Source: an uncultured Eubacteriales bacterium (GTDB taxonomy: Bacteria > Bacillota > Clostridia > Oscillospirales > CAG-272). Taken from it: a stretch of 64,000 bases of DNA. Within the stretch, counting starts at the first letter, position 1. Every line of letters starts with the position of its first letter. The DNA is taken from NCBI GenBank assembly GCA_934378145.1, contig CAKXXW010000003.1:13512-77511 (forward strand). Reading direction: 5' to 3'. The translations under genes and the position numbers were made by a program. Shown one piece after another: positions 29,717 through 36,718 of this stretch. A model generated the notes under the pieces. It saw only the letters and a program-made list of their open reading frames with translations. It had not been told where the DNA came from and searched no databases.

Positions 29717-31624
29717 TTATTCCGCATCAAGGGCGCGGGTCTTTATCTGCTCCTCGATCATGGCAAGGAATTCTTCTTTCTTCATAGATACGAGCTGATT
29801 GCTGTCGCGGCGGCGGACCGAAACTGTGCCTTCCTCCTGCTCGCGGTCGCCTATGACGAGCATATAGGGTATCTTCATAAGCTGAGCCTCACGGACCTTG
29901 AAGCCGGTCTTTTCCTGACGCTTGTCCACCGTGCAGCGGATGCCCTTCGCCTTCATCTCGGCGATGAGCTGATCCGAGTAGTCGTTGTTGCGGTCGGTGA
30001 TCGGAAGCACCCTTACCTGCTCGGGAGCGAGCCATGTCGGGAACTTGCCGGCGAAATGCTCGATGATGACACCGATGAAGCGCTCGACCGAGCCGAACAC
30101 GACGCGGTGGATCATAACGGGGCAGTGCTTTTCACCGTCGGAGCCGGTGTATTCAAGGTTGAATCTTCCCGGGAGCTGATAGTCGAGCTGGATAGTGCCG
30201 CACTGCCATGTGCGTCCTATGCTGTCGCGGATGTGGAAGTCGAGCTTCGGACCGTAGAAGGCGCCGTCGCCTTCGTTGACGACATAGGTCTTACCTATGC
30301 TCGTGATAGCGTCGGCAAGGGCATCGGTCGCGACCTTCCAATCCTCCTCGGACCCTATGTGATCCTCGGGCATTGTCGAAAGCTCGATCTTGTAGGGCAG
30401 ACCGAACTGCGAATAGACCTCGTCAAAGAGCTTGGTGATACGGATGACCTCGTCCTTTATCTGATCGGGAGCGAGGAGAATATGCGCATCGTCCTGCGTG
30501 AAGCATCTCACACGGAAGAGGCCGTGAAGCGCGCCCGAAAGCTCGTGGCGATGCACTCTTCCGAGCTCGCCGTAGCGGAGCGGAAGCTCTTTGTAGGAGT
30601 GGGGCTTGAGCTGATAGACAAGGATGCTGCCGGGGCAGTTCATCGGCTTTATCGCGAAATCCTCGCCGTCGATGACGGTCGTGTACATATTTTCCTTGTA
30701 GTGATCCCAGTGACCCGAGGTCTCCCAGAGCGTACGCTTCATGATCTGCGGCGTCGAGATCTCAAGGTATTCCCACTTGTTGTGTACCTCGTGCCAATAG
30801 TCGATCAGCGTATTGCGGAGAAGCATACCGTTCGGGAGGAAGAAGGGCATACCGGGAGCCTCGTCGCGCAGAGCAAAGAGTCCGAGTTCGGTACCGAGCT
30901 TCCTGTGGTCGCGCTTCTTAGCCTCTTCGAGCATATTGAGGTATTCGGTAAGCTCGGGCTTCGAGGGGAACGCGACGCCGTAGATACGGACGAGCATCTT
31001 GTTCTTCGCGTCGCCCTCCCAATAGGCTCCGGTGCATTGAATGAGCTTGAATGCCTTCACGGCGCCGGTCGAGAAGAGGTGAGGTCCCGCGCAGAGGTCG
31101 GTGAACTCGCCCTGACGGTAGAAGGAGATCTCGTCTCCGTCGGGTATGCGGTCGATGAGAAGGACTTTGTACGGCTCGTTCTTTTCCTCCATGAGCTTCT
31201 TTGCCTCGTCCCTCGGAAGGGTGAAGCGCTCGATCTTGAGGTTCTCGTGGACTATCTTCTGCATTTCCTTCTCGATAGCGCCGAGATCGTCGTTTGAGAG
31301 GGGCTTGTCAAAGTCGATGTCGTAATAGAAGCCCGTTTCGATGGCGGGACCTATCGTCAGCTTTGCATCGGGGTAGAGGCGCTTGACCGCCTGCGCGAGG
31401 ATGTGCGATGCAGTGTGACGGAAAACATGCTTTCCGCCCTCATCCTCGAAGGTGAGGAGCTTTACCTTGTCGCCCTCGGCAAGGGGCTGCGTAAGAGCGC
31501 AAAGGTTGCCGTTTACCTCTGCGGCGATGACCTGACGGCTGATAAGCTCAGCCTCACGCGCGGCGTCGTAAACGCTGGCGTTTTCTGTTACATCGTAAGA
31601 TGTACCGTTGATTATGACTTTCAT
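29717..31624 (-). CDS. thrS: Threonine--tRNA ligase
   Basis: TGS domain start MKVIINGTSYDV, editing-domain HTASHILAQA, and class II core motifs. I chose the start at 31624, after GGAGGT; the upstream ORF extension overlaps the T-box terminator. Confidence 0.93.
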   Translation of the reverse strand: MKVIINGTSYDVTENASVYDAAREAELISRQVIAAEVNGNLCALTQPLAEGDKVKLLTFEDEGGKHVFRHTASHILAQAVKRLYPDAKLTIGPAIETGFYYDIDFDKPLSNDDLGAIEKEMQKIVHENLKIERFTLPRDEAKKLMEEKNEPYKVLLIDRIPDGDEISFYRQGEFTDLCAGPHLFSTGAVKAFKLIQCTGAYWEGDAKNKMLVRIYGVAFPSKPELTEYLNMLEEAKKRDHRKLGTELGLFALRDEAPGMPFFLPNGMLLRNTLIDYWHEVHNKWEYLEISTPQIMKRTLWETSGHWDHYKENMYTTVIDGEDFAIKPMNCPGSILVYQLKPHSYKELPLRYGELGRVHRHELSGALHGLFRVRCFTQDDAHILLAPDQIKDEVIRITKLFDEVYSQFGLPYKIELSTMPEDHIGSEEDWKVATDALADAITSIGKTYVVNEGDGAFYGPKLDFHIRDSIGRTWQCGTIQLDYQLPGRFNLEYTGSDGEKHCPVMIHRVVFGSVERFIGVIIEHFAGKFPTWLAPEQVRVLPITDRNNDYSDQLIAEMKAKGIRCTVDKRQEKTGFKVREAQLMKIPYMLVIGDREQEEGTVSVRRRDSNQLVSMKKEEFLAMIEEQIKTRALDAE

Positions 31625-31639
31625 AGTAACCTCCGTTAC

Positions 31640-31835
31640 AATTATTTTTATAGAGAAGACACCCCGGACGCGGTCTGCCGCGTCCGGGGTGTCTGTATTA
31701 ACAGGCACGGTTCCACCCGGTCGTTTAACTCATTGAAATATTCTCTGTGCCGCGCAGGCGGTACCTTTCCGCCGCCGCCGGGAGCTTTCACCGACCGCTC
31801 TCTCTCTGAAGGCACATTGCGGAAAGACATATTCT
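31640..31835 (-). promoter_or_regulatory. T-box leader (probable Thr ACC specifier) upstream of thrS
   Basis: On the minus strand: AGAGAGAGAGCGGTCGGTGAAAGC (stem I), ACC in GGAAAGGUACCGCC, and a T-box sequence GGGTGGAACCGTGCC (reverse complement of about 31704-31720). Then a 15-bp terminator stem GACACCCCGGACGCG / CGCGTCCGGGGTGTC (31658-31693). Confidence 0.8.
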
Positions 31836-31852
31836 GCGCAGAAAATTTATGC

Positions 31853-32266
31853 TCAGTTGTTCCTGTTCTTGGGATTTACGATATTGCGCCAATCAAGGTC
31901 GCCGCGCTCAAGGGCGCAGATAAGCGCCTCAGCCGTAGCGATATTCGTCGCCGTAGGTACATTGTACATATCGCAGAGACGGAGAAGCTCATGTTCACCG
32001 TCATCGGGTACGGCGTTCGGACGCGTATCGCGGAAGTAGAGAAGGACATCTATCTCGTTGTAAGCGACCCTTGACGCGATCTGCTGTTCGCCGCCCTGCT
32101 CACCCGAGAGGAGGCGTTCGATCGTAAGTCCGGTAGCTTCGGAAATATATTTGGCTGTGATACTCGTGGCGCACAGGTTGTGTTTGCTGAGTATGCCGCA
32201 GTATGCGATGCAGAACTGCGTCATCAGCTCTTTTTTCATATCGTGTGCGATTATTGCTATTTCCAT
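31853..32266 (-). CDS. mgsA: Methylglyoxal synthase
   Basis: MEIAIIAHDMKKELM... with GGEQQI and TNIATAE. The length (137 aa) fits MgsA. Confidence 0.8.
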   Translation of the reverse strand: MEIAIIAHDMKKELMTQFCIAYCGILSKHNLCATSITAKYISEATGLTIERLLSGEQGGEQQIASRVAYNEIDVLLYFRDTRPNAVPDDGEHELLRLCDMYNVPTATNIATAEALICALERGDLDWRNIVNPKNRNN

Positions 32267-32369
32267 TTCCGGCTCCCTTCCTGAAAACTTGATTATATTA
32301 TAGCCGAAACCTTTGCGTTTGTCAACGGGATTCCGTGCAATAAATAAAATTTTATTCTTAAGGAAAATG

Positions 32370-32398
32370 TTGAAAATCCGCCCCGCTTATTGTATAAT
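32370..32398 (+). promoter_or_regulatory. Sigma-A type promoter of glyA
   Basis: TTGAAA (32370-32375), 17-nt spacer, TATAAT (32393-32398). Confidence 0.55.
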
Positions 32399-32427
32399 AT
32401 TAAAAAGTACACTAAAGGAGGCTTATA

Positions 32428-33678
32428 ATGATAACAGATAACATTTACGAAATACTTGAGAGAGAAGACCCGGAGGTCGCCGCCGCCGTTGACGCGGAAT
32501 ACAGGCGGGAATGTGACGGGATAGAGCTTATAGCCTCCGAAAACTTTGTTTCCGAGGCAGTCATGGCTGCGGCGGGAAGTATTATGACAAACAAGTACGC
32601 CGAGGGCTATCCGGGGAAGAGATATTACGGAGGCTGTGCCTGCGTCGATGTTGTCGAGAACCTTGCGCGGGAGCGCGCCTGCCGACTCTTCGGAGCCGAA
32701 CACGCGAATGTTCAGCCCCACAGCGGCTCGCAGGCGAACGCCGCGGCTTACTTTGCCCTTTGCGATCCCGGGGACACAATAATGGGAATGTCACTTGCGC
32801 ACGGAGGGCATCTCACGCACGGAAGCCCGGTGAACTTCTCGGGGCGGCTCTATAATTTTGTGTCCTACGGCATAACCGACCCCGACGGTATGATAGATTA
32901 CGACTCGCTTGAGAAGAGCGCAAGGGAGTGTCGCCCGAAACTCATCGTTGCCGGCGCCTCGGCTTACCCGAGGATCATAGATTTCGAGCGCATCTCGGCA
33001 ATCGCAAAGAGCGTCGGGGCGTACTTTATGGTCGATATGGCGCACATTGCGGGGCTGGTTGCCGCGGGACTTCACCCGAGTCCGATACCCTATGCCGACA
33101 TCGTCACGACGACGACTCACAAGACCCTTCGCGGTCCGCGCGGAGGCATGATACTCTGCCGTGAGGAATTTGCGAAGGCTGTCGACAAGTCGGTCTTCCC
33201 GGGGAATCAGGGCGGCCCGCTTATGCACATAATAGCGGCGAAGGCGGTGTGCTTCGGCGAGGCGCTGAAGCCCGGATTTGCCGATTATCAGAGAAGGATC
33301 GTCGAAAATTCAAAGGCATTTGCCGCGTCTCTCCTTGCCGAGGGCTTTGACCTTGTTACGGGCGGCACCGACAATCACCTTTGCCTGCTCGACCTCCGCT
33401 CTTTCGGGATAACGGGCAAGGAGTTCGAGAGCCGGCTTGACGCGATCCATATAACGGCGAATAAGAACGCGATACCGAACGATCCGCAGTCGCCGTTCAT
33501 CACCTCGGGACTGCGCGTGGGGACGCCCGCCGTCACGACGAGGGGCTTCACGCCCGAGGATATGGCTCTTGTCGCAAGGCTTATGAGGCTCACGGCAGAG
33601 GCACCCGAGGAGAACGACGCCTTCTGCCGCGAAAAGGTCGCCGAGCTTTGCCGCAAGCACCCTCTTTATGACAGGTAA
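32428..33678 (+). CDS. glyA: Serine hydroxymethyltransferase
   Basis: [25 protein letters not shown], and the PLP site [14 protein letters not shown]. Confidence 0.95.
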   Translation: MITDNIYEILEREDPEVAAAVDAEYRRECDGIELIASENFVSEAVMAAAGSIMTNKYAEGYPGKRYYGGCACVDVVENLARERACRLFGAEHANVQPHSGSQANAAAYFALCDPGDTIMGMSLAHGGHLTHGSPVNFSGRLYNFVSYGITDPDGMIDYDSLEKSARECRPKLIVAGASAYPRIIDFERISAIAKSVGAYFMVDMAHIAGLVAAGLHPSPIPYADIVTTTTHKTLRGPRGGMILCREEFAKAVDKSVFPGNQGGPLMHIIAAKAVCFGEALKPGFADYQRRIVENSKAFAASLLAEGFDLVTGGTDNHLCLLDLRSFGITGKEFESRLDAIHITANKNAIPNDPQSPFITSGLRVGTPAVTTRGFTPEDMALVARLMRLTAEAPEENDAFCREKVAELCRKHPLYDR

Positions 33679-33713
33679 GGGCTGACAGCGGGGAAACGGG
33701 AGATACGAAGGAT

Positions 33714-33749
33714 GCGGGGGAAACTTTCTTGGAAGAAAGTTTCCCCCGC
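33714..33749 (+). terminator. Perfect 17-bp-stem hairpin downstream of glyA (terminator-like, no U tract)
   Basis: GCGGGGGAAACTTTCTT-GG-AAGAAAGTTTCCCCCGC, 36 nt after the glyA stop. Confidence 0.4.
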
Positions 33750-33780
33750 GCCCTCTTCAAAGAACTTTGCCCAAGGGTTT

Positions 33781-34203
33781 GTAGGGGAGGATATTATCCT
33801 CCCGCCCGGCAGTGTCGGGAGCCGACCCTCGCGGATTATATGCCGAATGACGAAATCTTCACCCGGAGATGATGCTTTACTAAGGGTAAGAAAAACCTCA
33901 CTTCTATCGAATGATGACCACCTAAGCCGAGGCTCCCTCCGGGAGGGAGCTGGATTTCCGACCCGTAGGGGAGGAAAGACTGAAGGAGCCCGCGGTATAA
34001 AAATTTTATACAGGCAACCGGATTGTTTGCGATCGTAAATCGTTAGTGCCGCGGGCTCTTTCAGTCGCCTTCGGCGCCAGCTTCCTCCCGGAGGAAGCCT
34101 CTTGTCTGCATAAATCGTTCTTTCATTTATAGGGCGATGCTTTTAATTGAAACGGTAGGGGCGACCATTGGTCGCCTGCCGGGAGGATAATATCCTCCCC
34201 TAC
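33781..34203. repeat. Non-coding ~420-bp element built from three nested inverted-repeat pairs (MITE-like or a long structured RNA)
   Basis: Outer pair 33781-33812 / 34176-34203 (GTAGGGGAGGATATTATCCTCCCGCCCGGCAG versus CTGCCGGGAGGATAATATCCTCCCCTAC). Middle pair 33929-33953 / 34077-34101. Inner pair 33978-33995 / 34049-34066. ORFs in the region show no coding character. Confidence 0.6.
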
Positions 34204-34258
34204 GGGTATGCGGAAAGCGATCACAGGCGCACGCACAAAACGAATATGAAAATGCCGC

Positions 34259-34286
34259 CCCCCGCGAGGGAAATTCCTCGCGGGGG
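34259..34286 (-). terminator. Hairpin terminator downstream of the pilin-like adhesin gene
   Basis: CCCCCGCGAGG-loop-CCTCGCGGGGG. On the minus strand it is followed by the U-rich GCGGCAUUUUCAUAUUCGUUUU. Confidence 0.5.
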
Positions 34287-34343
34287 CGAACACATATTAT
34301 TATTTATTTTGATTCGTTGGCAATGTTACTATTCCGACGGCAA

Positions 34344-35699
34344 TTACCAAGATTTCGTCATTTTATCCGGAGTAAAGTCCTTATCGTCTATCGCTTTCCA
34401 GTTTGTAACGGTTTTGTTCTCTTCGTCGGTAACAGTTGTCTTAGCTTTGTTGCTCTGATTTATACCGTAGAATCCGAATTTTGCGGTTGCCTGTCTGTAC
34501 GAATTTTCATCCTTGACAACACACTGCATACCGTTGACTGTTTTAAGAGTGGCATCGGGGCTGATATGTGCCGAAGAATTATCGTTGACTGTGATGTTTG
34601 AAAGCGTAATGCTGCTATTTTCAAGACTGGTATGATTGTCACTGCTACCTGTTACAACACCGAAAAGCAGTCCGCACTCGCCGCCCTTGGAATAAACATT
34701 TGAGTTTTCGACGGTTACATTGTTTATTTTGACATTATAATTATCTTTGGTTACATATCCGAACAGAAGACCTGTCTTATTGTCGCCGTACACAGTGGAA
34801 TTTTTGATCTTGACATTTGATATTTCGACATCGCCACTCACATGAGAAGCAAATATTGCACCTTGGGATTTTTCATATGTACCGACTACCGCACTGTCGA
34901 TTGTTAGGTCTTTTACGGTCAGATCTTTGACCCATCCGAACATCGCGGCACCGTAGTTGGTGCTTTCAGATCCGTCGGAACTAGTTCCGAATCCCGAATG
35001 ATTATCCGATATATATAATCCGGTAATCGTATGATTATTTCCGTTGATTGTAACTTTAGGCGCATTGCCACTGTTGTTCTTATCAACAAAACATACATCC
35101 GCGCCGTTGAGGTTCATATCAGCGGTGATATTAATCGTGATGTTTTTGTCATTGAGTTCATTGGTAGTATACTGCATAAAATATTCCGCTATCTTTACAA
35201 GGTCGGCAGCGCTTTTTGCTTCGTATGTGTCATTGTCCTGCGGTGCATTGGCAGGTGTTTGGAATTTTGCCTTTGATGTATCAATCTTTCCGCTGAGGGA
35301 GAACCACTGGTTGCCGTTCGTGGTGTCATCGGATTTGGATGTGACATCCTTGTATTCATCGGGGTAAAGGACTTTGTTGTCCTTGTCGGTGTAAAGAACG
35401 CGGTTCAGCTTGCTGTCCCAGAAGAAATATCTGTCGGAGACGAGCGGACGGTAATCTTTTGCAGTCATGCCGCCGGCTTTCAGCGCGGCATATACATCGG
35501 TGATGTCCTTGTTGCCCGTGACCTCGTTCACTGCGAGGAAGGTGTTCATTTCGCGGCACGCCTGAATGTCCGCGCTGGTGTTAGCTTTCTGAATGAGGCT
35601 CGCGAAGGTGGGGATAAGCACTGCCGCGAGTATGGCAATTATCGCAATCACGATGACCAGCTCGACGATAGTGAAACCCTTTTTGGTGCTTCTTTTCAT
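34344..35699 (-). CDS. Prepilin-type N-terminal cleavage/methylation domain protein fused to a beta-helix (GLUG-like) adhesin domain
   Basis: N-terminus MKRSTKKGFTIVELVIVIAIIAILAAVLIP is the class III signal (G/FTxxE plus hydrophobic helix). The C-terminal ~300 aa show periodic beta-helix repeats (INGNNHTITGL, GAAMFGWV, GLLFGYV, GLLFGVV, N[IV]x[IV]xN). AAGGAG RBS. The gene is visibly AT-rich compared with its neighbours. Confidence 0.75.
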   Translation of the reverse strand: MKRSTKKGFTIVELVIVIAIIAILAAVLIPTFASLIQKANTSADIQACREMNTFLAVNEVTGNKDITDVYAALKAGGMTAKDYRPLVSDRYFFWDSKLNRVLYTDKDNKVLYPDEYKDVTSKSDDTTNGNQWFSLSGKIDTSKAKFQTPANAPQDNDTYEAKSAADLVKIAEYFMQYTTNELNDKNITINITADMNLNGADVCFVDKNNSGNAPKVTINGNNHTITGLYISDNHSGFGTSSDGSESTNYGAAMFGWVKDLTVKDLTIDSAVVGTYEKSQGAIFASHVSGDVEISNVKIKNSTVYGDNKTGLLFGYVTKDNYNVKINNVTVENSNVYSKGGECGLLFGVVTGSSDNHTSLENSSITLSNITVNDNSSAHISPDATLKTVNGMQCVVKDENSYRQATAKFGFYGINQSNKAKTTVTDEENKTVTNWKAIDDKDFTPDKMTKSW

Positions 35700-35745
35700 G
35701 GTTTTTTCTCCTTTTTTGAATTGTTTTTCGCGGTAAGACGCGAAT

Positions 35746-35928
35746 TTTTTTTCGCAGAGTTACCAACTCTACGAAGTCAAAAGGGCTTTTAAGACCATAA
35801 AAATGAAGCGTTCGTGGCGCTTGTTCACAAATGGATGGATAAACAAAATATTTTTTTGAAATTCTATTGACATTGAAGGCAATATGTGGTATAATCGTGT
35901 CGTAGAGTTGGTAACTTTACGAAAAAAA
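35746..35928. promoter_or_regulatory. Candidate invertible promoter segment (inverted repeats flanking a consensus promoter)
   Basis: AGTTACCAACTCTACGA at 35758-35774 has a perfect reverse complement at 35900-35916. The repeat extends to 29 bp with 2 mismatches (35746-35774 / 35900-35928). The enclosed 125 bp carry the promoter listed next. Confidence 0.5.
35867..35895 (+). promoter_or_regulatory. Perfect consensus sigma-A promoter, currently directed away from the pilin-like gene
   Basis: TTGACA (35867-35872), 17-nt spacer, TATAAT (35890-35895). Confidence 0.65.
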
Positions 35929-35954
35929 CCTCGCAGGAATCTGCGAGGTTTTTT
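35922..35954. terminator. Bidirectional intrinsic terminator (radC terminator; also stops plus-strand transcripts from the 35867 promoter)
   Basis: AAAAAAA-CCTCGCAG-GAAT-CTGCGAGG-TTTTTT. Confidence 0.8.
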
Positions 35955-35978
35955 CATTATATTTATTTTTTTGCCGGT

Positions 35979-36692
35979 TTATCTTCTTTTGAGCTTCGGG
36001 ACATTGTCAAACCTGTCGCTGTGGCTGCGCTTTTCGTGGATTATCGCATAATATTGATTTCCCGCCACCACATAATGCTCTATCAGCGGCACGCTCATCT
36101 GATTACATATGAATTCGAGCTGATGCGTTATCTCGATGTCGCTGCCAGACGGCGACGCGATCCCGCTCGGGTGATTGTGCGCGAGGACTATGCAGGCGGC
36201 GTGCGACAGTATAGCCTCCTCGATCAGCGGCTTGACAGAAAAAGCCACAAGGTTCGTCATACCGTCGGCGAGTTTGCGGCAGGACAGCATCTCCATCTTG
36301 CCGGTGAAGGTAAGGATATAGACCTCCTCGACCTTTTTGCCGAGAAAGAGGCGTTTCAGGTAATCCCCGAGCTTTTCGACCGTTTCAAAGCGCTCGTTCT
36401 GCTTCGCCTCGGAGAGCAGGTAGCGGCGCGAAAGCTCCGCCGAAAATTTTATCAGCGTTGCCGCGTGTTCGCCGATGCCCTCGACCTCGAGAAGCTCCTC
36501 ATATGATGCTTCAAGCACCTCACGGAGCGAGCCGAAGCGATTTATAAGCCTGTGTGCGATAACATTCGTGTCCTGTCTCGGGATACCGAAGAAAAGCAGA
36601 AGTTCGATGACCTGATGCTCGTCAAAACAGTCAAGACCGTTTTTCAGAAATCGGTTTTTCATTCTCTGCCGATGTTCGGCGTGTTCGTTCAT
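35979..36692 (-). CDS. radC: RadC-family JAB-domain protein
   Basis: N-terminal HhH region (LELLLFFGIPRQDTNVIAHRLI..FGSL) and the JAMM motif LAHNHPSG. Confidence 0.88.
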   Translation of the reverse strand: MNEHAEHRQRMKNRFLKNGLDCFDEHQVIELLLFFGIPRQDTNVIAHRLINRFGSLREVLEASYEELLEVEGIGEHAATLIKFSAELSRRYLLSEAKQNERFETVEKLGDYLKRLFLGKKVEEVYILTFTGKMEMLSCRKLADGMTNLVAFSVKPLIEEAILSHAACIVLAHNHPSGIASPSGSDIEITHQLEFICNQMSVPLIEHYVVAGNQYYAIIHEKRSHSDRFDNVPKLKRR

Positions 36693-36718
36693 AGTCTTTT
36701 CTTTGTCCCTCCCTCGAT

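Noticed and set aside
31625-31708. 28-codon N-terminal extension of thrS in the ORF track.
   Set aside because: The extension overlaps the T-box terminator stem. The ATG at 31624 has a GGAGGT RBS and gives the canonical TGS-domain start MKVIING.
33712-34458. ORFs of 108 aa (33712-34038) and 96 aa (34168-34458) inside the glyA-adhesin intergenic region.
   Set aside because: The translations are low-complexity. The ORFs run through palindromic repeat arms and have no RBS. The second overlaps the adhesin gene's 3' end on the opposite strand. The region is better explained as a non-coding repeat element.
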